From the NCBI GenBank assembly GCA_964016885.1, contig OZ024742.1:21638001-21702000 (forward strand): 64,000 nucleotides of DNA. The letters run 5' to 3'. The notes beneath the pieces were generated by a model. The model did no database searches. It saw nothing but the letters and a program-made list of their open reading frames with translations, and had not been told where the DNA came from. This document shows positions 41,766-55,321 of this stretch, piece after piece (the stretch's first letter is position 1; each line of letters starts with the position of its first letter). Origin of the DNA: Eledone cirrhosa (lineage: Eukaryota). Position numbers and translations under genes: made by a program.

Positions 41766-43954
41766 GATATAATCAGGCGCAACAGTAGCATTATGCAGAT
41801 ATTTAAGTTTTGTTAGGTTTAACATCAACTGACTCAGTCTGCCATATTATGAAATAGGGTTGGCGGAAATTGCTTCGAAGTCCATCTGGATTTGATAGGG
41901 CCAGACCTGTCACACACTATTTTACACACAATTCTCATGAGAGCTACACTAAGGATACACGCGTGTGTAAAATGCTCAAAACTCTTACACATTTCGCGAG
42001 GAGGTTGCTCCAATGATTATACAGATTGAACACTCCTACTCGAAACCGAAGGAGGTCCCTTCCTCCACAATTATTCCTCTCACTTTCAACAGTGTTATTT
42101 TGTTTGATTACATAAAAAGATTCTCCGTGCTGAAAGAAACACCCTATAGGTGGAACTCTGTTACATTTCCGAAAACCACTTTCAACTTAAGTGAATTTAG
42201 TACACTTTAACCTAATATTGAAAGTGATCTGTTTCTCTCCTACGATGTTTGCTTCGTGATGATCGTGGGCTAAATCTCGTTATCCGTTTCGTGCTTCACT
42301 CTAACTTTCATATTAATATCTCGTTTATATTTTTATAGTCATATTTAGTTGTGTTTGTGTATACGAATTATAGTAATTTCTATATAGTTTTTGTATATAG
42401 ATATAGTGAAAAAAACATCATATTTACGTCTTTAGGTATATTTCAGTTCAGTAAGACACTGCATCCGTCTCATCTAAAGATATATAGTAATGATATTAGA
42501 ATATATAATCATATATAATATTATATATTTAGGAAAAATATACACGCTTCTAGCTACTCTTTCCCACTTTTATTTTATAATAATTGCTATCGATTGGTAA
42601 GAAATAATAATCTCATTCTCTCTACATACTGTCACAGTTTATAAATTTTGTAGATTATTTTCCAACTCTTCCTTCGTTTTCTTTGCTAGTTTTCAATTTC
42701 TGTTTAATATCCTGATAGCAATTACTGTACATTTATTTGTGAACGTGATCATAAGAAGAAATTGATTAATTTTCACAAAGAAAAATATTATCTTAACCAA
42801 TGGAGATCAGATGAAATTCTTTGATTACTTACAGCAGAAATACATAGTTTGAACGTGTATCATCACGAATCTGGAAGTCTTTGGAGAGTTCGCCTTTTTA
42901 TATTAAGTAATCAGTTGATTTTAGCTCGCTAATTGTAAGTTAATGCGTAAATGAAGGGCAATTGTGACCTACACCTTTGTGAATAACTAATACAAATATT
43001 TGATGGAATATGAATATTCTAATGTTCTGTAATGAACTTGTGTGTCTTCTAACTCAGAAATATTCCAATAAAATAGATATACACTAAACATTATTTGTTT
43101 ATTTTACTTATCAATATATGTCTTAGTATCAACATATATTTAGTATTAATACCTATTAATACTAGTATCATTAACAATATCTGTATGTATTTGTTGTGAT
43201 CAGTTGTACAGTTACTAGGTGTTACTGGGCCGCGGATAGAGGAAACACAGTTAATATAGAATTTAGCTGCAAATAAACTAGTTTGATTGCTAATAAGCAG
43301 TCGTGCACCAACAAGGATAGTGTTCATTGGGCCATACCAATATATACCCCTTTATAATGCGACACAATACTACATACAATTAAACATGACACTAGATATT
43401 ATTATATAACTCTCTGCAATAGAAAATCATTCATCACGCCATTACATTAAACAAAACAATACCACCTAGTAGGTGATGCGACAAAATAATAGAGGATCGC
43501 GCATGGATACCAGATTTGCTAGAAATAGAAGTCACATGCACCTAAAATGATACCTTAATATGTAAATAACGAGAGAGTCAGATTGAAATATACTTCATCA
43601 TAGTTCTGTTTTGTCAGGGTTCAGCTGTAGCTACACAAAACCTACAGCAGCAATATCTCAACAACAGTAATGGACGTTAAAGGATAAGTGTCTATGTTAG
43701 AAGATAACCAGCCGAACAGTTTGTAGCTCGCATTACAACATCAGCGTTGTATGTATCGTTCTCAAAGCCATGCATAGTCCCGCAACGCCTGATGCAGACG
43801 TAGGAGAACCGTATTAAGAACCAGCGTTTCTAGGGCATTTTCAAACCTAGCAAAGCACATCTCCTCTCTAGGCCTGAATACGGCAGATTTCTCCCAGAAA
43901 ATAATAGAAAGAGTGAGAGAATGCAATTAAGAAAGGGTTATAAATGAGGAATCG

Positions 43955-44105
43955 ACTCCAGTACTAAACTGGTACTTTTTTATCGACCTCGAAAGGATGA
44001 ATGGCAAAGTTAACTCGGCCGGATTCGAACTCAAAGCAGAAAGCTGAAAAGCATATAGCAAAGCTATCTGTCCAACGTTCTAACCACTCTGCCAACTCAA
44101 CCGCC
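43955..44105 (-). mobile_element. Older SINE copy
   Basis: CTGGTACTTTTTTATCGACCTCGAAAGGATGAATGGCAAAG...GGATTCGAACTC. Similar old copies at ~11780, 24810, 56415 and 59590. Confidence 0.75.
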
Positions 44106-44985
44106 TTCTCTCCCCAAAGCATATACCGCTAAATGAATTTGTGTAAGTGGTTGTCTGAGGGTTTCATATACTGGCGTAAATCCAGTGCCAGTTGTGTGTA
44201 GGTAATTCTAGAATCATTGCAATCCACTGTTCAATTTCTTCGCTGGAATAAACTATCTGTGAAATACAAAAGATCATTCTTTATCTATCCATTCGCTTAA
44301 AACGACGAAAATCAAAATGATGCAATAATAAACCTTATGACATTGAAAGTGATATGTGATAAATATAAACACCCCGATTCAGTATTTCACAACACCTGAC
44401 AATGCTGCACTGTATTCCACAGTATCAAAGTAAATGTACACATTGACCTTCTATCGCAGTAAACTACACTCTGTCGTCCAATATTATTTATTACCTCAGA
44501 ACATTACAAAGTAGATGACATTAACATAAGCGCTACTGTTTAATAATGTATCCTTTACCATAATAAAGTCATAAAACAGATTGCAGTTTGCGGAAAGGCG
44601 ACATAAACTGAGATGACACCTGCAATGAAACCAAATTAACCTTTATGACTGCTAAATTAAGCCGTTGCCATAACAACCTACTGAAATTTTGAATTGATTC
44701 TCAGTTAGAGAAAGAGGTAGTATCATTATGTTTTTTTTCAAGTGTTGAGAGCTAATTATAATCTATGATTCCAAACAATATTATTATCTTTCCTTATATA
44801 TCGAATTACAATTGAGAGGTTGTTACAAGTAAAACTGCAGTTAGTGTGAAATAAACATTATTTTACCTTGACACTTGACACTTTCTCACTAAACATGCAA
44901 TCAAAGTACTTTAATTAATTCTACTCCCACTTGCTAATTAATTGCAATGACTTTCAATAATGGTTTTTATATATATATAACTGCG

Positions 44986-45044
<59 letters not shown>

Positions 45045-45171
45045 AACGAGTAGGACCACGACGGCTGAGCTCAAGCCGTTTCGACGGCTAATTCTGGACT
45101 AGTCTACTACCCTAAGTATTGAGTACTTTGGTGCGTTATGGTCCAGCTGGTTCCTTACCACATTTCCTTCG

Positions 45172-45237
<66 letters not shown>

Positions 45238-45404
45238 CGCAGTTTTAATTGAATGACTTTACTAGAGCCCGCGAAAACCGCATTGATAATATATACAAAT
45301 TAATCTCGCGTGCTCTTTTTCATTTTCTCTCTATGCCTTTCTCTGTATAATTGTTTACACACACACAAATGCACGCACGCGTGCACACACACACACACAC
45401 ACAA

Positions 45405-45437
<33 letters not shown>

Positions 45438-45584
45438 CCTACACCCACATCCGGAGACCGTTTCGTATTGATATATCAAATTATCAGACTGTCCCCGTAT
45501 CAAATCGGTCCACTTTTTTTTAGATTTACTCTCGTCTATTCTATGTTTGGATTCAACGTAATCCTGGTACATAATTCTGCAAAT

Positions 45585-45661
45585 AACACCTGATGAGATC
45601 GCCTGATCTTGCACATCACAATCGGATGATAGAGCTGAGCCATCGAAATATGTATAGTGTT
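45585..45661 (+). ncRNA. Type I hammerhead
   Basis: AACAC CTGATGA GAT...ATC GAAATATGTATA/GTGTT. Confidence 0.78.
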
Positions 45662-45847
45662 TTCGCGGAATTAAAATTCTAAATTAAATTATCAAGTCCA
45701 GACTTCTGTTGTTGTTTTTATGTATACCCTCACCCCAAATATATATATAAGAGATGTCAACATGAATGGACCTGTTATTTTTATCTAAAGACTTGTTTGC
45801 CAATTCCAACCCGCCCGTCCTCTCAATCTATCTTATTTCTCATTCTT

Positions 45848-45883
45848 TCTCCTGAAGAAGGACTAGCGTCCGAAACGTTAAGA
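45848..45883 (+). ncRNA. Minimal PLE-type hammerhead
   Basis: TCTC CTGAAGA A GGAC-tagc-GTCC GAAACGTT/AAGA; palindromic AACGTT. Confidence 0.65.
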
Positions 45884-46049
45884 CCCTCTTCGCGCTATAT
45901 CAAGCGTAGCCTAATATAGCCCTTCCATATACTGTACCGATTGTGTCGTTATTTCTGTTTAACTTTTACATATATATATATACACACACACACATACATA
46001 CATATATATACACACACACATACACACACATATATATATACACACACAT

Positions 46050-46082
<33 letters not shown>

Positions 46083-46091
46083 CACACACAT

Positions 46092-46141
<50 letters not shown>

Positions 46142-46451
46142 ATAATAACAAATGTGAAGACTAAAATCCAAAAAGGGCTCGATAAGGATAAATATATGTC
46201 AAATATATAAGAACGGTTGCAACGTTTTTCGAAATATTTAATTTCGCGTTCACAGATTGTTTTTTTAGTTTCTGAAGATCCCGTTAAGGATGAAAGCAGC
46301 GATTTTTTGCTTAATCTTTAATCTGTTATTTTTTAAAATATATAAATAGTTATATATATAACCAAAGATTAATATGGTTCATTGATTACTCGATGAATAC
46401 AAGTTTTACAATAGATTAAAAGCACTCAACAAAAGGTTTTCCTATCATATA

Positions 46452-46513
46452 TTTTATCTGACGAGGACGTACTGAAAAAACAACACAGTACCTTCGAAAT
46501 ATATATAATAAAG
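46452..46513 (+). ncRNA. Type I hammerhead
   Basis: TTTTAT CTGACGA GGACGTACTG-loop-CAGTACCTTC GAAATATATATA/ATAAAG. Confidence 0.8.
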
Positions 46514-46557
46514 CATATATTTTGATTATGTGAATATCTTAATTTGTTAATAATTTG

Positions 46558-46654
<97 letters not shown>

Positions 46655-46741
46655 TACGTTATTCCGGGGGTTGAATCGGAGGTAACCACAGTAAGTAAGG
46701 TACTCAATACATAGCAGAGTATAACAGTTTTAATATAGATG

Positions 46742-46847
46742 AGATTCTACAGGACTAGAACTGTTTCATTCTTTAGAAATCATCACGAATCTCATACTGA
46801 TTCCTGATGATTTCTAAAAAATGAAACAGTTCTAGTCCTGTAGAATC
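46742..46847. ncRNA. Back-to-back inverted hammerhead pair (46742-46792 minus, C3 mutated; 46799-46847 plus)
   Basis: Plus: GATTC CTGATGA TTTCTAAAAAAT GAAACAG...CTGTA/GAATC; inversion axis ~46795. Confidence 0.78.
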
Positions 46848-46919
46848 TTATCTATATTAAAACTATATATATATATATATTTATATATACAAATATTAAT
46901 AAAATAGATGTTTAATTAA

Positions 46920-46972
46920 ATTTTATTATACATATTTCAGAGGTACAACAGTACGTCCTCATCAGACAAAAT
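46920..46972 (-). ncRNA. Type I hammerhead
   Basis: Minus strand: ATTTTGT CTGATGA GGACGTAC-tgtt-GTACCTCT GAAATATGTATA/ATAAAAT. Confidence 0.8.
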
Positions 46973-47254
46973 ATAATGATACATGACATACCCTGAGATG
47001 TTAAATGGTTAAGATTTAATCAAGGTAGTGATTAACCTATGAGAAAACTCAACATTCATACCCTAATAATGAGAAAATGCGAAAACGTAATAAATTCAAT
47101 AGAGAAGGTATGAGTAAGAAAAACGTTGCTTTAATGTAACAGTTATAGAGATTTCAAAATGTGGGATGCTACAAATTATGATTATTGAGGAACACGTCTC
47201 TGGAATTATAATTTTATTACAGTTTATGAAGGCAACTGATAGATGATTAAATAT

Positions 47255-47307
47255 ATTTTGTCTGATGAGGACGTACTGTTGTACCTCTGAAATATATATA
47301 ATAAAAT
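47255..47307 (+). ncRNA. Type I hammerhead (inverted copy of 46920-46972)
   Basis: ATTTTGT CTGATGA GGACGTAC-tgtt-GTACCTCT GAAATATATATA/ATAAAAT. Confidence 0.8.
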
Positions 47308-47884
47308 TTTATTGAACATCTATTTTATTAATATTTGTATTTTAATATTAATAACTCTGAAATTTTTTTTTTTTTGTTACTGTAGAGTGCTTCCAATCTA
47401 CTGTAAAACTTATTCTTTGGATGTACTCATTGAATCTTGTTTAACTCTTTAATATATATATATATATATATATATATGAGTGTGTGTGTATTAAACAGTG
47501 TTGATACTAATTTTCAGACGTGTCTCAAAAAGTTATGATTACCAGTAAAATCAACAAAACATCCAACTGATGTTCACCAAGTTATCATAGAGTTAAGATA
47601 TCATGATATAAGTATTGACACAGACACTACCATCTTAGATTAAACTGTATTAATTCATTCGAAGTTACGTTGAAAGTCTTCACCTACCCTCCCCCTCATC
47701 TCTCTGTCTCTCTCCCTCCCGTCCTTCTTTCTCTTTCTCTCTCCCTCTCTCTCTTGCTTTCTCCATATATCTATCTATCACTCGTGCTTTATCTCTCTCC
47801 TCCTCTCTCTCCCTCTTTCTCTCGTTCTCTCTTAAGGTAATCATTATTGTTTTATATATTCTTCTTAATAACAATAATAATAAA

Positions 47885-48785
47885 ATAATTGTTTCTACTT
47901 TTGGCACAAGGCCAGCAATTATCTATAGCAACGTTAGCAACATTTCAAGCCTTTTATTTTATGTAGTTAATATTTAGAAATGATTAAAGCTAGTTAAGTA
48001 AGTTAGCAACGTTTCAAACGTTTTATTTTATGTAGTTAATAATTAGATAAGTAAGTTAGCAGTATTTCAAAGGGATGAAAGGCAAAGCTAACCTCGGTAG
48101 TATTATAATTATTATAACCATAATAAAGGCTGACTATTTAATCGTCCCCATAAGGTGAAAGGCAAAGTTAACCTCAGCGGGATTTGAACTCAGAATGGCA
48201 AGGGCCGTAACTCTATGCGTCAAAGCATGGCGCCCGACCCCCTACCGATACTGCCAACCCACCAAATAATAAAATAATTGTTTCTACTTTTGGCACAAGG
48301 CCAGAAATTACTAGTATATTACTGGTACTTTTATTTTATCAACCCCGTAAGGATGAAAGCAAAGTTAACCTCGGTGGATAATAAAATAATTGTTTCTACT
48401 GTAGGCACAAGGCCAGCAATTACCCAGTGCATTACTGGTACTTTATTTTATCGACCCCGTAAGGATGAAAGGCAAAGTCAACCTCGGCGGGATAAATAAT
48501 AATATATGTATATATATGTATATATGTATATATGTATATATGTGTATATATGTATATATGTATATATGTATATATGTATATTGTTATACTTGGGGAGGTT
48601 CATATTGTTGTAATAATTGTTTCTACTTTAGGCACAAGGCCAGCAATTATCCAGTGCATTACTGGTACTTTATTTTATCGACCCCGTAAGGATGAAAGGC
48701 AAAGTCAACCTCGGCGGGATTTGAACTCAGATCGTAAAGGGACGTAACTATGCTGGAAAGCATGGCGTCCGACCCTCTACCGATT
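47885..48785 (-). mobile_element. Cluster of at least five complete or partial SINE copies
   Basis: AATTGTTTCTACTTT...GGCACAAGGCCAG restarts near 47887, 48276, 48388 and 48615; head fragment at 48140-48263. Confidence 0.85.
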
Positions 48786-49149
48786 GTTGTAATAATATTG
48801 CCAAACATAATAACAGAATACACACTCACTGTTTGGTTGGTTTTCGCCTCTGTATCTTTTATATCTCCACAGTTAATTCATTTGGTCCTCAATGTTTATC
48901 ATTGACTGACCAACGGTCAAAAATACAGATATAATATAGGTATAAACACATATATATATAGTCTAACAAAGTTCTTTAGCTGCACATCTGCAACATCATC
49001 AGTGGTACTATTATGGTCCTCCTGTTGTATTGTATGTCTACGCCATTTTTTTCTATCTTAGTTTACTAGTGTTGTTATTGTGCTTGGTTATATATTTATT
49101 TATTTATACATACACACACACACACACGCCGTTATTTATACATACACAC

Positions 49150-49763
49150 ACACAATTACGCCGTACAATGTTTAGGCAACCATATATATATATATATATA
49201 TATATGGTTGCCTAAACATTGTACGGCGTAATTCGGGCTGTTTGTTTGTTTATAAACAAACAAACCGAGCATTATAATAAATGTTCGGTAAACCGATACG
49301 TGCATATATATATGTGTGCATGTGTGTATATATATACATACTACTGTACGTCTGTATACATATATGTATGTACGTATACATACATATTTACATTTAAGTA
49401 AGGATCGTACTAAGAGTGAGAAATGAAATTTCGTTTCATTCTATTCCATTTATCGTTTTCGGTGTGCCCGGCTGACTGAACTCGATATGCAAATTAGGCT
49501 GCCCAGCCGTTAATATGCATAAGGAAAGTATATACTTTCAGACGTTCAACCATCTGGCAGGAAGGTATACGATGCTGACGATAGCTAATAAGCTTGAAAC
49601 TAGTACATCGTTCATGTGTCAGTGTTGAACAAAAAGGTGACGTGGTTGCCTAAACATTGTACGGCGTAATTGTATACATATATGTATGTACGTATACATA
49701 CATACTTAGATTTAAGTAAGTGCCGAACTAAGAGTGAGAAATGAAATTTCGTTTCATTCTATT

Positions 49764-49825
<62 letters not shown>

Positions 49826-49994
49826 ATAAATGTTCGGTAAATCGATACGTGCCTATATATATATGTGCATGTGTGTATATATATACATACTACTGTACGT
49901 CTGTATACATATATGTATGTACGTATACATACATACTTACATTTAAGTAAGTGCCTTACTAAGACTGAGAAATGAAATTTTGTTTCATTCTATT

Positions 49995-49999
<5 letters not shown>
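49150..49999 (+). mobile_element. Retrozyme-like ~438 nt unit with partial tandem and inverted pieces
   Basis: GGTTGCCTAAACATTGTACGGCGTAATT at 49206 and 49644; 3' segments repeated up to 49767 and 49998. Confidence 0.85.
49569..49611 (+). ncRNA. Type I hammerhead (intact)
   Basis: ACGATG CTGACGA T AGCT-aata-AGCT T GAAACTAGTA/CATCGT. Confidence 0.88.
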
Positions 50000-50058
<59 letters not shown>

Positions 50059-50576
50059 ATATATATATACATACATACATACTACATCACTGATGATATA
50101 AAGAAGAAACCAACGACGATTATTTTAGTATTTAACAAGATAAAGAAATAATTCTATAATAAATGTTAATTCACGAATCAGAAAAAATATTGAATTGTGT
50201 TTGTTTTTCTTTAATCTATCAATTATTGATGATTACTAATTATATTTCTTGTTATTTCTTACTCTAAACTACTTACGTCCTTATGTATGGTGTATACCTA
50301 TTTAGCTGGTTCTTTCTGATTGAGAGGATAACAAATAGAGCGTAGGATGAATGTGGTTGATCTTAAAACAGTTATGTTTAAACCAGTGATATATATATAT
50401 GTATGTTATATATCATACGTATGTTATATGATACGTTATATACCTATTTAGCTGGCTGTTTCTAATTTAAATAATAACAAATAGAGAAAAGGGCGAATGG
50501 GGTTGATCTTAAAATAGTTATGTCTCAACCAATGATACATAAATGATCCGACAGCGTGGTTGTGTCTCAAAGCTGT

Positions 50577-50799
50577 CGTGTATGATACACATAAATGTAT
50601 GATACACATACATAGCGAGGGGGTAGTTGTATCTTAAAGTGGTTGTATTGTAGATACACGTATATAGCCAGAAGGTAGTTGTAGTTTAAAGTGGTTATAT
50701 TGTAGATGTATGATACACATACATAGCGAGGAGGTAGTTGTAGTTTAAAGTGGTTATATTGTAGATGTATGATACACATACATAGCGAGGAGGTAGTTG
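50577..50799. repeat. ~50-60 bp minisatellite
   Basis: GATACACATACATAGCGAGGAGGTAGTTG repeated 3-4 times. Confidence 0.85.
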
Positions 50800-51054
50800 A
50801 CATGTAAAAATGTTAAAGAAGTGAATTTGAATATAAGCAACAACATTATTTATATTTAATCAAGAATATCGAAATTTATTTGATAAATTATGTAATATTC
50901 ATTATTTATTTATTCAAAGAAATCAAACTTATTTTACAAATGGGATAAAAAATATATCCTGAGCGCAGTCCCGCACTCCTTACTTTATTATAGTTTAAAT
51001 TGTAACACATATTAAATAATAGTAATACCCCTGTCCTGGAGATTTCTTGGAATG

Positions 51055-51385
51055 AAGGTGGGTGGGCTGAAAAGTTCATAGGCTGTTTTTGAAGAAATGA
51101 TGCTAGAACTCTGAAATCTTGCATGCAAAAAATTCAAATTTTCTTAATTACAATTGCATTGTTTCCTTTTAGGGACTATATTGAAAAATAAACCTCATTA
51201 GATCACACCATGAGTGTATCTTGGTCATCCTATGAAAGAGTGAGGCTAGAGCTGTGAAATCTTGCATGCATTAATTTCAACTCTTCTTCTTTATACCTAC
51301 ATTGTTTCTTTCCAGGGAATATGTTGAAAAATAAACCTCATTTGGTCAGCCTATGAAGTAGTAATGCTAGAACTGCGAAAATTTC
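51055..51385. mobile_element. Probable mariner-type non-autonomous relic with internal duplication
   Basis: GGGTGGGCTGAAAAGTTCATAGGCTG with inverted CAGCCTATGAA at ~51347; GCTAGAACT..GAAATCTTGCATGCA is repeated. Confidence 0.5.
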
Positions 51386-52758
51386 AGCCGATCCTCAGAC
51401 AAAGTCGTTGTTCAAACCACATCAATTTCAACTTTTATTCTGTTATAGTGCTAAAGTAAGTAGGAGATCGATTAAAGAGGAGGAGTCGATATTGTTGTAT
51501 ATGATATATAACTGCGGTTATTGTGTCTAGAAATAACAGTTAAATCTCCCTTAAATCCATTCTATTATTCTATAAAACAATCATAGTATTTCAGATACAG
51601 TATTTATGAAACAGAAATAATGGATAGTCACGACTCAATCATTATTGATCTTAGGTACGATGGATCAGACTAGACAATAAAAAACAAAGAACAAACATCA
51701 TTTGCTACAAATCATCGTCTCATGCTGGAGAATTGATGTCTCACACAATCTTTGATGCAAAAGAAGCAACAAGAAACTTTCTGATGAGTAAGGAAACTAA
51801 AATAAACATGAAGTGTAAGTTAATTGTATTTATTTTAATACAAAGTATACAAAATGTTACCTAAACAGGATACGTTCTGTAATTCCATTTATCTTAATAC
51901 AAAGTTTAAAAGAAATTGCATAAACAGTAAATACAATGTAATTTATTTATCATAATACTAAGTTCACTCAAAATTAAATAAACATGAAGTGTAATTATTT
52001 ATCTGAATGCTGCTTGAAATGTGTTACAAGTCTATATTTTAAAGAATTCTCCACTATGTTGTGAAATACAGCATTTGTAATTATCTTATCGTATTCCGGC
52101 GCCATTCTTGTTAATGAAGACACAGGTGAAATTAACAGGGGTAATCCTCAAGAGTATCTAACATTCAATTTCAAATATAGGAATACAATTAAGGTGTTGG
52201 CTCTAGCATACCTATGTACATAAATATACATGTATGTATACAGTTACGTTGGAGTGAACACCTTAATTCTATTTCTTGTTCAGGCCGAACCAGCCTGAAT
52301 GGAACTCCGTAAGCGAATGAGGTTACTTAGTTCATATACATAAGCGTTAAAAGTCTATATGTACGGCTTATTTGAGTTCAGGTATGAAGTGAGGTAACGG
52401 CCAAACAGCCAGAAACAGACGTCGACTAATCCCCACTCATTTGCTTCCGCTGGAACTAGATAGTTGGCGCTGCCATCCCCTTTAAACTTCATAGCTAAAG
52501 CTTTCAAATGTTTATTCGTAAACATACCATATACTATATATTATTCAAATACAGAGATTAGGGCAGTGGTAAGATAGGTAGTGTGGAGTATAAGATGCCG
52601 TCCAAAAGAAACGGATGAGTAAAATCAGAGAAATTAAATGCTTAGATACTGTAACGTGAGCCCTCGTTGGATTATAATAGAAAGAGATTGGGAGAGCAAG
52701 AGAGACGGGGGCACTGAGTGAAGTTATAGTCGACCTGGTTCCTTACCACACTTCCTTC

Positions 52759-52789
<31 letters not shown>

Positions 52790-52795
<6 letters not shown>

Positions 52796-52938
52796 TTACA
52801 GCAGTGACATAAACAGGTGCTCAAGTTTCATTGGGTTCTGGGCCCCAATTTCTTCAGCCTGTCATGAAGGCTGAAGAAATTGCGGCCCAGAACCCAACGA
52901 AACTTGAGTACCTGTTTATGTCACTGCTGTAATTATTT
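52790..52938. ncRNA. Fold-back with back-to-back hammerheads (52813-52862 minus; 52868-52913 plus)
   Basis: Consensus ACAGG CTGAAGA AATTGGG...CCCAAT GAAACTTGAGTA/CCTGT; axis ~52865. The module 3' end is inverted again across (TA)n at 53264-53360. Confidence 0.75.
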
Positions 52939-53005
52939 ATACTAAACTCGTCCTATGGACTTAGTGCTTTCACTCTTGGTTATTTCCGCTTTAACTTTAA
53001 CTTCA

Positions 53006-53265
<260 letters not shown>

Positions 53266-53360
53266 TGAAGTTAAAGTTAAAGCGGAATAACCAAGAGTGA
53301 AAGCACTAAGTCCATAGGACGAGTTTAGTATAAATAATTACAACAGTGATATAAACAGGT

Positions 53361-53464
53361 GAGATAGAGTGTCCGTGCTGTTTGCTCTGATCAGAGCAAA
53401 CAGCACGCACACTCTATCTCAAAATTATTTTTGAAAAGCATTTAGAAATGCGCAACCGGTAAAA
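53361..53464 (+). other. 60 bp palindrome followed by a degenerate U3-A8 hammerhead
   Basis: GAGATAGAGTG...TGATCA...CACTCTATCTC, then TTT TTGAAAA GCATT-taga-AATGC GCAACCGGTA/AAA. Confidence 0.6.
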
Positions 53465-53621
53465 ACTTAAAAACTTAAAACCACAACTGAATACTAACCC
53501 ATACAATCACTAATACTCTTTTATTCCTAATTAAACCATTTTTCAACTGTGAACAATTTGTCAGCATTTTCTATTCCGTTTACCAATATATAATAACTTG
53601 TGTGTTACACCTCTATTCTTT

Positions 53622-53665
<44 letters not shown>

Positions 53666-53998
53666 AATATTTATAAGTCGTTTGGAAGCGTCGACAATGC
53701 ATATGGGTAAATCTCCGGGTAACAAGGTCCGGTGGCGGAGAGAGAGATATGTAAGTGGGTGTACGTTGAGATGCGTGGTGTGTATAGGATGTGTGAGATG
53801 TGTAGAATGAAGGGAAGAGTAAAAGAATAAAAATAATAATAACAACACAAGAGAGAGAGTTACCTTGGGAGAGATTTAATAGTCCCTATATATTTCGGAT
53901 TCACATCCATCAACTGGGTTTTTTTCCGGGGTGGGGGAAAAGGTTGTCTGTCGGACAACTCGGAACGCGTCTTTCGCTGTCTGTTGATTTGAATATCA

Positions 53999-54049
<51 letters not shown>

Positions 54050-54055
<6 letters not shown>

Positions 54056-55257
54056 AAAAGGTAAACACACCAAAGAGAGATATATATACAGTGCTTTATC
54101 AATAATACAGGGAAAAAAACCACCAGTGTATGGAATCTATAACCTATGAAAGGCAGACTATAGACACGATAATTAAAAATATAAATTAAAGCGTGAATAT
54201 ATACCTCTATAACTATATAACACACGTACAAATCCAAAGATATGTTTCACCAATAATTTGTTGAAAGAAATGGGTTGGTCTCGGTTCATCAGCGTGTGTA
54301 AGGCAACACTAAGAGAATTTTAAAATTGACTGTCCAGCTACACGTGGGAGAGAGAAGTCACAGGGTGTTTAAGGGCAGTGAACCAGTGGCCTCTGGGGGA
54401 CGAACTGCTAGAAAGGGCAGCCCAAAGCCACTCAGAGAAGTGTGCTCAACCAAACAGAGATAGGAAAGACTGTTATTAGGAGCGAAATATCACGATAAAT
54501 TAACGGAGGCATCGTGTCTATAGCCTGCCTTTCATAGGTTATACATTCCATACACTGGTGGGTTTTTTCCATGTATTATTGATAACGCACTGTATATCTC
54601 TCTCTGGTGTGTTACCTTTTCAACATATTGTATTTTAAAGAACTCGGGATCTCTTCTCCTTTGAGCACATTATTTACAGGGAATAGGGAGGGCCTATGCC
54701 TCCGTTAATTTATCGTGATATGTCGCTCCTAATAACAGTCTTTCCTATCTCTGTTTGGTTGAGCACACTTCTCTGAGTGGCTTTGGGCTGCCTTTTCTAG
54801 CAGTTCTTCCCTCAGAGGCCACTGGTTCACTGCCCTTAAACACGCTGTGACTTCTCTCTCCCATGTGTAGCTGTACAGTCAATTTTAAAATTCTCTTAGT
54901 GTTGTCTGAAATGTATAGCCTTACACACGCTGATAAACCGAGACTAACCCATTTCTTTCAACAAATTATTGGTGAAACATATCTTTGGATGTGTACGTGT
55001 ATTATATAGTTATAGAGGTATTTATTTACGCTTTAATTTATATTTTTAATTATCGTGTCTATAGTCTGCCTTTCATAGGTTATAGATTCCATACACTGGT
55101 GGGTTTTTTTCCCTGTATTATTGATAACGCACTGTATATCTCTCTTTGGTGTGTTACCTTTTCAACATATTGTATTTTAAAGAGCTGAGGATCTCTTCTC
55201 CCTTGAGCACATTATTTACAGGGAATAGAGAGGGCCTATGCCTCCGTTAATTTATCT

Positions 55258-55260
<3 letters not shown>
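54050..55260. mobile_element. Non-coding module: inverted unit + partial tandem (period ~541) between (TA)n tracts
   Basis: 54051-54511 is inverted at 54697-55168; ATCGTGTCTATAG at 54511 and 55052. Confidence 0.85.

Positions 55261-55321
<61 letters not shown>

Noticed and set aside
46262-46316. CTGAAGA...GAAAGC motif (related copy ~15660-15711, minus)
   Set aside because: Probably a decayed HHR, but stems I and II are too poorly paired to list.
47885-48785. CRISPR-like regularly recurring motif
   Set aside because: Nested SINE fragments of variable length, with no constant spacers and no cas genes; eukaryotic context.
51700-52140. Short open frames with a donor-like GTAAG at ~51788
   Set aside because: No convincing acceptor or recognisable peptide.
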